DNA from: a virus
Strand: one strand, 5' to 3'
UHGV virus genome: UHGV-0098678
Length of the DNA: 38,888 nt
Shown: piece by piece, positions 7,900 through 16,647 of the stretch
How the letters are laid out: each line of letters starts with the position of its first letter
How positions within the stretch are numbered: the stretch's first letter is position 1
Notes under the pieces: generated by a model
What the model was told of the DNA's origin: nothing
Database searches by the model: none
The model's input: the letters and a program-made list of their open reading frames with translations, nothing else
Made by a program: the position numbers and the translations under genes

Positions 7900-8343
7900 T
7901 TGAAGTTTAACATTAGAATATCTAATAGTTTTCTACATGGGGAAAGCAACACCCCTTTCGCTGTAGACGGACCTTTCCTTACTGATGATGAAATAAAAAT
8001 CATACAAAGGTTTTTAGAGGATGTTGCCAATGGAAGGGCGCTTGTTGGAAAAAACAAGCCATCGTGGGTTGATGATAACCATGATAAAATTCCCGGCTCA
8101 GACAATTATGAGCAAGAGAATTATTGGCATTATCATTGTGGGCCAACATGGTATCCAAACACATTTAAGAATTATACCATTAACTTAAATTTCAACCCTG
8201 GCGGAATGCATTCTAATGAATGCATTCATTATGCAAAAAATGATAATGAAATTGTCATTGTTGGATTTTCAAGAGAACACATACCTTTCCTTTCATCAGA
8301 TGGAAACAACAATCCGCTTTTTAATGATGAAGAAGAAGAATAA
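7900..8343 (+). CDS. hypothetical protein with acidic C-terminal tail (moron)
   Basis: TTG start at 7900 with AGGAG 6 nt upstream; 147 aa, low-GC coding sequence, C-terminus ...NDEEEE; followed directly by a terminator. No recognisable family. Confidence 0.55.
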   Translation: MKFNIRISNSFLHGESNTPFAVDGPFLTDDEIKIIQRFLEDVANGRALVGKNKPSWVDDNHDKIPGSDNYEQENYWHYHCGPTWYPNTFKNYTINLNFNPGGMHSNECIHYAKNDNEIVIVGFSREHIPFLSSDGNNNPLFNDEEEE

Positions 8344-8365
8344 GCCCGCGCTGCGGGCTTTTTTG
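8343..8365 (+). terminator. rho-independent terminator
   Basis: Stem AGCCCGC/GCGGGCT with 3-nt loop followed by TTTTTT, starting at the stop codon of the 7900-8343 gene. Confidence 0.7.
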
Positions 8366-8436
8366 TGGACGAAACAAAAGTCAGTGCTACACTCATTGAC
8401 GCCACATTGAGGTGGCTTATAGATGGAAATTTCACA

Positions 8437-8598
8437 ATGAAAAAAGCATTTGCTGCACTGTTCGTTTTGTTGTCTCTGGTAGCTTCAACTCAGGCCTTTG
8501 CCGGTCGTTGTCAGCACGACAGCGACACTGCTGCTGACGGCTCCCGCTGCGGTGGGCGTTCTGCGGATTCCCGTCCGGGCGGCGGTGGCATTCGTTAA
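8437..8598 (+). CDS. small secreted Cys-containing Gly/Arg-rich peptide (53 aa precursor)
   Basis: Internal ATG 8437 of the track ORF 8365-8598 gives MKKAFAALFVLLSLVASTQAFA (signal peptide) followed by a roughly 30-aa mature part with two Cys; weak SD. Confidence 0.35.
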   Translation: MKKAFAALFVLLSLVASTQAFAGRCQHDSDTAADGSRCGGRSADSRPGGGGIR

Positions 8599-8627
8599 AA
8601 ACAAGGCCGCGAAAGCGGCCTGTTTGA
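8597..8627. terminator. bidirectional rho-independent terminator
   Basis: A-rich tract, stem GGCCGC gaaa GCGGCC (GNRA-type loop), then TGTTTG; lies between the convergent genes ending at 8598 (+) and 8628 (-). Confidence 0.6.
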
Positions 8628-9479
8628 TCACTGTGCAGTTTTCGCTGATCGATTTTCAGCTCTAAATTCAAGAACCGTTTCAATATTTCTTTCCTTCAGC
8701 ATATCAATAACATTTTTATTCATTTGACTATCACTGGTTAATAACTGGTAAACGTTGCTTCTCTCTTTATCAGAGTTTTCTTTAACAGCTGCTTTGCATG
8801 CCAAATGCTTATTGAAATTTTCTACATCGCTAGTACAGGAATTTACGGCTGCTGATGAAATATCAGACGCTGAAGAAACACCGTCATCCAAACGTTTTAT
8901 AGCATTTTCTATACATGAGTTAAGGGAATAAACGACAACTGAGCGATACCCTTCAGACGCACACCATTCTAAATTTCTTGAAGGATCGAGTGGTTTTACT
9001 TCGCTGGATTGAATTAACTTGTCAAAAACTGACTTATATTCAATCTGTTTTTTATCTATAGCCCATACTTCAGTAGCTGATTTATAATTCCCCGTATGCC
9101 TATTAACATCAAATCCATGTTTTATAAGCAAATCTGCCCATGAAAGATTTATTGATTCATTGTTATGAGGCCATTTTCCTGTCAGAACCGCCCCCATAGA
9201 CCCCATATATCCGCCATATGATGGTATAGCACCATGGCTCAGTAACTTCTCTGCAACCACAGGGCAATTAATTACATAAGAGGCGTAAAGCCCATTCCAT
9301 AAAGCCCCTCTATAGTAATCGCCACGATTAGGTTCTTTTAAGTCGATAGCCTTTGATAATTGTTCGCACGTTTTGCATGCATCAAAGTTATCCTTATTGC
9401 ATTGCAATGAACTGGCAGCTGTAGGATTTACAGAGACTATTGAAAGCACTATGCCAAAAAACAAATTTATTTTTTTCAT
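8628..9479 (-). CDS. secreted Cys-rich protein, possibly with degenerate ankyrin-like repeats (moron)
   Basis: ATG 9479 lies 1 nt after the stop of the upstream virion-protein gene; signal peptide MKKINLFFGIVLSIVSVNPTAASS; AT-rich; segments such as ADLLIKHGFDVNRHTG resemble ankyrin repeat cores. Confidence 0.55.
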   Translation of the reverse strand: MKKINLFFGIVLSIVSVNPTAASSLQCNKDNFDACKTCEQLSKAIDLKEPNRGDYYRGALWNGLYASYVINCPVVAEKLLSHGAIPSYGGYMGSMGAVLTGKWPHNNESINLSWADLLIKHGFDVNRHTGNYKSATEVWAIDKKQIEYKSVFDKLIQSSEVKPLDPSRNLEWCASEGYRSVVVYSLNSCIENAIKRLDDGVSSASDISSAAVNSCTSDVENFNKHLACKAAVKENSDKERSNVYQLLTSDSQMNKNVIDMLKERNIETVLEFRAENRSAKTAQ

Positions 9480-9480
9480 C

Positions 9481-12400
9481 CTATTTCATCTGCTCTTCAA
9501 CTTTATTTAGTAATGGTGATATCGCCCACAGATTCTGAAAAGGTAGCATTTTACGGACAGCGTGGGTTTGCTGGCTGTCAAATTCTCCGTTAAGTACACC
9601 ATTTGCAACCGTCGCGGCATCACCGCCAAGATCAAAGGTAGGACCAAGTAAAGCACCAATAGCATTACGACTCTGAAACCTTGATACCGGAGGCGCACCA
9701 AACATCGCGCCAAGACCAAACCTACCGCCGCTTATGTTCTCAACGGTATTCAGCGGCTCAGAGAGCCAGCCAAGCATTCCGCCCCGGTCGATCCCCTCTT
9801 TCACAAGGTTATTCCAGCTGTAGTCGATATCGCGACCGCTTAACTTCTGTTTCATCATATAGACCATTGAGCCAAGCGCAATCGTGCCAAGCGCACCAAG
9901 ATAGAATGCAGCATCGCCCTGCTGGATACCAGATACCAGCACCCTGTTATGCTGTGCGAAGATAAACGTTTTGAACTGCGTGATCATCTTCCAGCCTTCT
10001 TTACTAAAAAACAGCGGTGTATCACCTACGCCAGGCGTTACAATCACTGAGTCTACATCTTTCAGCACTGCAGACTGGAAAATCTCTCTAGCGAAACGGT
10101 CATCCCACAGATGACTATGCCCGGTTAACAGCCCGTCCATATCCTCTCCGTGCTTCCCGAATTGCTCCCCGATTCGGCGCAGAACATCTTCATTGATGCC
10201 GACCTGTGCCATCTTCCGCATTTCACTTTTGGAGAGCGTGCCACCAGCAGAAACTTGGCGAGCCGCGTCAAGTATCCTCGACTGCACTATCATCCCAGAC
10301 CATGATTTAAGTGCGCTGTTCCACTGATTCATCAGCGTCCAGTTACCGAATTTCTGCGTCATCCAGTTCAGACCTCGCTCAGCGGCGCTTCTCCGGCTAT
10401 AGGGGTCAGTAAGATCCGCTATAGCCTTTGTACGCGTAGACAGGACATAATCAAGCCCAACTGCCATTTCTCGCAAATCCCTGGTTGCAATTTTTACTGA
10501 GTCCATATTTTTAAGCATGCTTACCATTGGTCCGAGAGATTTTCTCAGGCCATGCTGCATCATCGGTCGCATCAGATCAGTTGCAGCGGAGACAGTCATT
10601 CCACCAAGCAAACGGAGGAAGTTAATATTCCTAGCAACTCGCCCGGCACGAACAAAGAAACTGCGTGGATCTTGAGGTGCACCGTAAGTACCAAGCAGTC
10701 GATCACGCATAGCCGTAATATCCCTAATATCAGCCTCCCGTTGCTTCTCAAGAACTGCACGTCGTTTAGGTGTTTTAGCCTCTTTTATTAGCCGGGTATA
10801 TTCCTCACTAACCTGACGGATTTGCTCCCCCATATCTTTACGGCCAAACTGCGCAGTCAGCTCAATTTCTGGTGCCACCTGCCGGAGATAACTTTCCATG
10901 ATGTAGTTAACATCTGATTCAAGAAAATCTTCTATACGCTCATCAGGAATAAGCAGCGTTCTGCTTTTAGTGAAACCAGCCCGACCAACGAGTCTCTCTG
11001 GGATAATATCGGCTGGTACAAGCCCGGAAGGTGCGCCTATTATTTTATTCACGATCTCGTCAGCAGCGTCCTCTGCTTCCTCTCGGGATAGAGGCTCCAT
11101 CTGCTTCAGTGCTCGCTCGCGGCTTGCATTCAGCCTTGTGGTTGAATTTGCCCGTTTTTGCAGTCGGCGAAGCTCAGAACGATATTTCCGTGGATTATCC
11201 AGCAACTCCATATGGCGCTGATAGACAGGAAGCTCACTCTTTGCCTGCGCTATATCATCAAGGCGTGTTTTAAGGTCAGAGCTTTCTTTCATCATTCTTG
11301 CCTGAAGTTTTTCTGATGAAGTCTCGGCCAACTCTTTTTCTATTCTTGTAAGACGCGCCTGTGTGTCAGTCTCCTGAGATATAAGCTTATTTCGTTTATC
11401 CAGTTCTTCCATGAGTAGAATTTTTTTACCAGACCATTTCTCCGCTTCAGCGATTTCACTAGCGAGAGCATCAGCGCGCGGTGCTGATTCCTCTGCAGTT
11501 TTTAGCAATGAATTTATCTTTTCAATTCGCTGACCTGCTTTGTCAGCACCTTTGGCACTAATCCCTTGTATCCAGTTGGCAATTCGCCCTCTGAATTCAG
11601 TGCGGTCGGAAAGTATCTTATCGAACTTATAAATGCGGGGAAGATAACTCTTCGCCGTCACGACATCGATATCCTCAGGAAGGATCCCCAATTCCTGCAT
11701 ACGGGCTTTTGTGGTCTCAAAAATGGGGCGGATTCTGGCGGCTGCTTGTGAAACCTCAGGAATATCACTCTGATCACCACGGCGCATAGCCATGCCAACA
11801 GCTTCATTGAAATCAATAAAGTTCATCCTCTTCACGCCGCGGGCGCTGACAGATTTGCTGTACTGCTGGTAAGCATCACGAGTAGCTTCCATCTGCTTAT
11901 AAAGCATGGCGTCGTATTGCTTAATCTTAGTCTCGACTGCCGTAAACGTAGCCAACCCCTCATCATTTTTGGCGAAGAAATAGTTATTTTCGGCAAGCTG
12001 CTGGTTAATCTGACGGGAGACAAGAGATGGTGATTGCGCCAAGCGGCCAGCAGGAGTGACACTCAACGTTTTGTTAGCAAGTCCAAGTCCAGCGAGCTGT
12101 TCCTGATCGAGTGTGGTATTGAAAACCTGAGCTGCACCAATGCTTTGAGGAGAATCCATACCTCGCAAATGATTACCTACTGAGTTAACCACTGCCTCGC
12201 GCGCGCTAGGTCCAGCAAGTAGCTGTGCACCAGCACCAAGGATCCCACCAACGAGAGCATCAACAACAACGTTCGATACGCTCTCCATCGGTGAGCGAGC
12301 TTCCTGAGTGGCCTGTAATGCGGCTTCTGATACTCCCCCACCAGCAGCATTCGCCAGGGCAAAACGCCCTGCCGTCTCAGCAATACTTCCTCCACGCGCT

Positions 12401-12870
12401 ACCGCCCCTACAGGGATGAACATTGCAGCCACATTAACCGGGTCTATCATTCCCATTGCTAAGCTTGAAATAGTACCAGCACCACCCATTTCAGATAGAT
12501 ATTCTCTATCTGTTCTTTGCTTATCGATTCGATGTTTAATTGCCATTGTTTCTTCATGCGAACCGGAGTTGATAAACGAATCTGCAAAATCTTCATAGCC
12601 TTTAATATCTGCTGCATCGTTATCAAATGGGTTATATCCTTCAACCCTGTCAAACTGACTGAAAGGAGCACTGGCAATAAAGCTACCCAGCGTGTTATCT
12701 ATACGAAATGCTGCTTGTCTAGACCTTTGAACGCGTTGCTCACTGGTAAATGGGTTCACAGCAGAAAGCAAAGAAGGTGTTTCCATATAGAAATTACTGT
12801 CATCAGGTGCTGCTATTTGCTGAATATCCTCGCCAAGCAACTCTTTAGGATCCTGTTCATATATCGGCAT
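9481..12870 (-). CDS. large internal virion (core/ejection) protein, T7 gp16-like by position and size
   Basis: 1129 aa; start overlaps the stop of the upstream gene (TAATG); last large gene of the gp13-gp16-like block before the tail fiber. Confidence 0.5.
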   Translation of the reverse strand: MPIYEQDPKELLGEDIQQIAAPDDSNFYMETPSLLSAVNPFTSEQRVQRSRQAAFRIDNTLGSFIASAPFSQFDRVEGYNPFDNDAADIKGYEDFADSFINSGSHEETMAIKHRIDKQRTDREYLSEMGGAGTISSLAMGMIDPVNVAAMFIPVGAVARGGSIAETAGRFALANAAGGGVSEAALQATQEARSPMESVSNVVVDALVGGILGAGAQLLAGPSAREAVVNSVGNHLRGMDSPQSIGAAQVFNTTLDQEQLAGLGLANKTLSVTPAGRLAQSPSLVSRQINQQLAENNYFFAKNDEGLATFTAVETKIKQYDAMLYKQMEATRDAYQQYSKSVSARGVKRMNFIDFNEAVGMAMRRGDQSDIPEVSQAAARIRPIFETTKARMQELGILPEDIDVVTAKSYLPRIYKFDKILSDRTEFRGRIANWIQGISAKGADKAGQRIEKINSLLKTAEESAPRADALASEIAEAEKWSGKKILLMEELDKRNKLISQETDTQARLTRIEKELAETSSEKLQARMMKESSDLKTRLDDIAQAKSELPVYQRHMELLDNPRKYRSELRRLQKRANSTTRLNASRERALKQMEPLSREEAEDAADEIVNKIIGAPSGLVPADIIPERLVGRAGFTKSRTLLIPDERIEDFLESDVNYIMESYLRQVAPEIELTAQFGRKDMGEQIRQVSEEYTRLIKEAKTPKRRAVLEKQREADIRDITAMRDRLLGTYGAPQDPRSFFVRAGRVARNINFLRLLGGMTVSAATDLMRPMMQHGLRKSLGPMVSMLKNMDSVKIATRDLREMAVGLDYVLSTRTKAIADLTDPYSRRSAAERGLNWMTQKFGNWTLMNQWNSALKSWSGMIVQSRILDAARQVSAGGTLSKSEMRKMAQVGINEDVLRRIGEQFGKHGEDMDGLLTGHSHLWDDRFAREIFQSAVLKDVDSVIVTPGVGDTPLFFSKEGWKMITQFKTFIFAQHNRVLVSGIQQGDAAFYLGALGTIALGSMVYMMKQKLSGRDIDYSWNNLVKEGIDRGGMLGWLSEPLNTVENISGGRFGLGAMFGAPPVSRFQSRNAIGALLGPTFDLGGDAATVANGVLNGEFDSQQTHAVRKMLPFQNLWAISPLLNKVEEQMK

Positions 12871-15617
12871 TATTTGCCCCCTGCGTATATATTGCTCGGA
12901 AGGTAATTGGCTGAACCATAACCGAATGGTTTGGTCAGATCTGGAGGAGTATATCCATCTTTATTGCTGAACTGCGGCAGCGGATTGCCTTCTCTCCGCA
13001 CTCTAGCCTCATCAACACGCTGTTGCTGGAACTGAATGGTTTGCCTGTACATTGGAGATGTCAGCTGATCCGGCTTGAAACGAACAGGGAGACCATTTTC
13101 TCCAATATAATTTCTCGGTTCTATCGCTCCGTTTGCGTCAGGCTGTAAAACCATAACAGCATAACTCCTATCCCTTGCCGTAAGGCCATCAGAAACAAGT
13201 ATTAAGTCCGTATCACTGCGAGGACCGCCAAAGGATTTTGATTTAAGCTCGCGTTTTTCCTGCTCCCACTGCCCCTGTATCCAGTTACCAGCACCATTAT
13301 TTACTCCGTACAATGCCTCAGGTGCATACTTCATAACCTCTGCTTTGCCATTAACCGTAGAAACTCCCCAAGTGGTTCTGATCATGGCATTGGTCATTTT
13401 CTCAGCCTGTTCTGCATCGCCACCTGTCTGTACAAAGTTAGCATCGTAAATTGTCTGGTAATCTCGCTGATAGGCCGCATTTGATTTTCCTGGATCGGTA
13501 ATATCCGGAGACCACGAACCAAAGGAAGTCAGACTGCTGGCGTTATTTTGTGCAGCAGTTGCCCTCGCCGCGACATATTTTTTGTCTCGCATGGCAGTGG
13601 AAAGCATCTGTTTCATTCGGTCATCCTGTTGGAACACCTGGCTGTAAGCCATATCAACAGCCTTATCCTCCGGCACGCCAGCGCGGGAATAATCGTAAAC
13701 CTTGCCGTAAAATGCCATCGTACTTTTATCAAGTGTTGCCGCTGCCGCCGGATTATTATCGAATAACTGACCGTAGAATTTTGCCATCGGGACAACCAGC
13801 GCAGGATCTCTTGATGTCGCTCCACTGTTAAGCATTGTTTTAATCTGAGTTGGTATCATGCCGCTTTTAGTTGTGACGGTGACCAGTGTATTGATGCTCT
13901 GCGGATCAGATATGGAAAACGAAGGCGCGATATCCTGCGCGAAATAACGGTCTACCGCTGCCTGATTGTTTTTGTCGTTCGGGTCCAGCGGGAAGTTATT
14001 TTGCATTGAAGACACGAACCTGTTTCTTCCCTGCTGAATCTCCCACTCCCTATCCATCTCTTTAAATTTGGCCTGCATTTTCTCCCAGCGTTGCTGGTTA
14101 GCTGCAAATCCAGGAGCGTTTGGATCCTGTGGACGTAAACGTTCAAGAATGTCTTGCCGTCCTTCTGGAGTGAGGTCTTTAGCGGCACCAATGACACCTC
14201 CATATTGTATCTGCGCCTGCATATCCTTCCACTTCATAGCGCCAATGCGCGGACCATTGGCCCGGATAAAATCGTCCTCAGAAGGTAACTTCTCAGGTTT
14301 CAATCCTTCATCAAGGGCTGAATATGCATCTTTAACTACGGTGCTAAGCTGGTCCGCATACTGCTGGCGGTACTGATTTCTCAGCTCATTAGCCTGCCTC
14401 AATGCCTGTATTTGCATTTGAGGGCTCATAGCATCAAATGCCGCATTGCCCGTATAACGCTTAGGTGAATCAAGGTTAGTTAGACCAAGGGCTGCCGAGA
14501 TACCAGTTTCAAGCTGTTCGGTGCTATAAGGCATACTGCCATTTTCGTGTTTAATAATCCCAGCACATAAAGCAGCTAGTGTCTTTGGGTTAGAGATATC
14601 AAGCTGATCATTCTCCCCAACACCAAGCTCACCACACAATGCCCTAATATAAGCATCAGTATTATTACCATCACTAGCCGGAGCATAGCGATTAACAATC
14701 TCGCTAACGGTGTCATAGCCTTGACGCTGGTAAGACAACATATTTTTACCCAACGCGCGGATTCCATGCTCAGGGGTAGCAAACGTTGCAAAACGTCCAT
14801 CGCTACCGATCTGACCTTCCCACGGGTTAGATTTGCTCGCTTCAATATTACCGGGGTTATTATTACGTAAACCACGAGCATCCAATGAATTACCATGTGA
14901 TATTGCACGACTCACACCATCAAGATCCCCTGGCTCTCCATTAACCTGAAGAAACTCGTTGTATTTTTGAGCGATATTTCCTATCCATGCTTGCTGCCCC
15001 ATTTGTTCCTTGAGCTGAGTTTTCTGCTGAACACGCCACTCATCAGGAAGCCCATGCGCATCAGCGTATTGATCAATAGATTCAAATCGCTGCTTGGCTA
15101 AATCGACAAATGCTTGGTTATCGCTATATAGCCCCGCAGACTGAGTGACAGCCAATGCATTTCCTGACAAATACGTTTGATCTTGGAATTGCTGAAACTG
15201 CCCAACTTCATATCGACGTGCCTGATTGTAATAAGACTGCATAGACTGCTGGAGTTGAAAGGATAATTTATTCCTTTCCTCACTTTCAGGAATTGAGCCT
15301 AATAATGCCTGAGCCCTTTCCTGCATATTTTTCATAACAGCGTCACTCTGACCAAGAGCGTTTTTACCCTGTTTAGAAATCAGCCCATTTTCAGGGTTGT
15401 TAATCTGGTCATCTGCAAATTGGTTAAATTGCAGTAACGCCTCCTGGGCCATAGCAACATTCGCTTTCTGCCTGGCTTCACCATATGCCACCGCATACTG
15501 ATCTGCGACATTCGCCAGCACCTGACCTGCTTGAGGAACATCGAAGGTCTGAAAACCACCGGTTTGCACACCACGACTTTGCACCTGGCGTCCGGATGTA
15601 GTAGGAACAACAGGCAT
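12870..15617 (-). CDS. large internal virion (core/ejection) protein, T7 gp15-like position, with a possible cell-wall-hydrolase-like region
   Basis: 915 aa; strong SD AGGAGG before ATG 15617; ATGA overlap with the upstream gene; conserved-looking motif block GLRNNNPGNIEASKSNPWEGQ...FATFATPEHGIRAL... Confidence 0.5.
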   Translation of the reverse strand: MPVVPTTSGRQVQSRGVQTGGFQTFDVPQAGQVLANVADQYAVAYGEARQKANVAMAQEALLQFNQFADDQINNPENGLISKQGKNALGQSDAVMKNMQERAQALLGSIPESEERNKLSFQLQQSMQSYYNQARRYEVGQFQQFQDQTYLSGNALAVTQSAGLYSDNQAFVDLAKQRFESIDQYADAHGLPDEWRVQQKTQLKEQMGQQAWIGNIAQKYNEFLQVNGEPGDLDGVSRAISHGNSLDARGLRNNNPGNIEASKSNPWEGQIGSDGRFATFATPEHGIRALGKNMLSYQRQGYDTVSEIVNRYAPASDGNNTDAYIRALCGELGVGENDQLDISNPKTLAALCAGIIKHENGSMPYSTEQLETGISAALGLTNLDSPKRYTGNAAFDAMSPQMQIQALRQANELRNQYRQQYADQLSTVVKDAYSALDEGLKPEKLPSEDDFIRANGPRIGAMKWKDMQAQIQYGGVIGAAKDLTPEGRQDILERLRPQDPNAPGFAANQQRWEKMQAKFKEMDREWEIQQGRNRFVSSMQNNFPLDPNDKNNQAAVDRYFAQDIAPSFSISDPQSINTLVTVTTKSGMIPTQIKTMLNSGATSRDPALVVPMAKFYGQLFDNNPAAAATLDKSTMAFYGKVYDYSRAGVPEDKAVDMAYSQVFQQDDRMKQMLSTAMRDKKYVAARATAAQNNASSLTSFGSWSPDITDPGKSNAAYQRDYQTIYDANFVQTGGDAEQAEKMTNAMIRTTWGVSTVNGKAEVMKYAPEALYGVNNGAGNWIQGQWEQEKRELKSKSFGGPRSDTDLILVSDGLTARDRSYAVMVLQPDANGAIEPRNYIGENGLPVRFKPDQLTSPMYRQTIQFQQQRVDEARVRREGNPLPQFSNKDGYTPPDLTKPFGYGSANYLPSNIYAGGK

Positions 15618-16183
15618 CAGTAACCTCCTATTTTGAATCGGGAGTCAGAATTCATAAAACCTGAGTTAGATAACATTGGCGTGTTTCCTTGCTTACTAAT
15701 CGGATTGATACTTCCGCTACCCAACTTATATGCACCGTATGCTTTTAGTGGTGCCGTTAACAAAGTGCTGGTCATCGATGATTTAGCAGCCGACTGAGCA
15801 GCAGCCCCCTGTGCCTGAGCATTCATTCCCTGAACCTGATACCCATATGCCTCACGCTGAGCATTATTCACTGTCGTTAACGCATCAAGAGTGCCGAACT
15901 GAGCATTATCCGCAAAAACGTCAAGAGCTGTTCCGCTACTTAATTCCGCACCGGTAGCCCCCATAGTGGCCGCCGCAGTGCCTGAGCGTTGACGCATTTC
16001 ACGACGACGCTGATCCGCTTCAATATTCCCACGATTGATTGAATCCTGTGCCTGAGCTTCAGCAATTTCAGCATTCCGATCAGCTATGGCTGACTGGTAT
16101 TTTGCCTGCTTGCTCTGGCTGTACATTGACGCGGCTGTGGATGCCACTGTGACGGCAACCAAAGCGATGGCTGGGTTACACAT
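15617..16183 (-). CDS. internal virion protein, gp14-like (N-terminal TM segment)
   Basis: 188 aa; N-terminal hydrophobic helix (PAIALVAVTVASTAASMY) followed by Ala/Gln-rich sequence; SD GGAGA; position between the gp13-like and gp15-like genes. Confidence 0.45.
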   Translation of the reverse strand: MCNPAIALVAVTVASTAASMYSQSKQAKYQSAIADRNAEIAEAQAQDSINRGNIEADQRRREMRQRSGTAAATMGATGAELSSGTALDVFADNAQFGTLDALTTVNNAQREAYGYQVQGMNAQAQGAAAQSAAKSSMTSTLLTAPLKAYGAYKLGSGSINPISKQGNTPMLSNSGFMNSDSRFKIGGY

Positions 16184-16647
16184 TATTTTCTCTCCATGTG
16201 AAATCTGTGGAAATTAAGACCAAGAGCACCATAAGGCGCGGCTTCTTCAAGCCTGAATCCAAGCCAGTGCAGCCATGCTTTGGCAACATGGTTTCGCTCG
16301 TCGACATAGTTTTCCAGGCGCGGATAAACTGCCAGCATCTGCTGCAATACAGGGCGGCAGTGGCGAAGAAATGTCTTCTGATATTTTTCGATGCGGCTGG
16401 TTCCGACCAGCCAGGGCGTACCATTGCCACCGATCATTGACGCCGGAGATACGCCAAACATGGTTACCAGTTCTCCGTTCGCAAATCCTGACCAGGCCAT
16501 AGTCGCAGTACGCAGACCAACACGCAGCGCATCTTCGGTAGTCATCAGTGATACCGCATACAGTTCGTCAATATCAGCCTGACGAACATCCGGCAAAATC
16601 ATCTGAAGATGCTCTTCGGTTGCGGGAATAATTTGAACATCGATCAT
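16183..16647 (-). CDS. internal virion protein (gp13 position) with GNAT acetyltransferase-like C-terminal motif
   Basis: 154 aa; ATGA overlap with the tail tube B gene; C-terminal ERNHVAKAWLHWLGFRLEE resembles the GNAT motif (N..A...Y.K.GF). Confidence 0.4.
   Translation of the reverse strand: MIDVQIIPATEEHLQMILPDVRQADIDELYAVSLMTTEDALRVGLRTATMAWSGFANGELVTMFGVSPASMIGGNGTPWLVGTSRIEKYQKTFLRHCRPVLQQMLAVYPRLENYVDERNHVAKAWLHWLGFRLEEAAPYGALGLNFHRFHMERK

Noticed and set aside
8365-8598. 77-codon track ORF starting at 8365
   Set aside because: The first 24 codons precede a typical signal peptide; the internal ATG 8437 gives a conventional secreted-peptide precursor.
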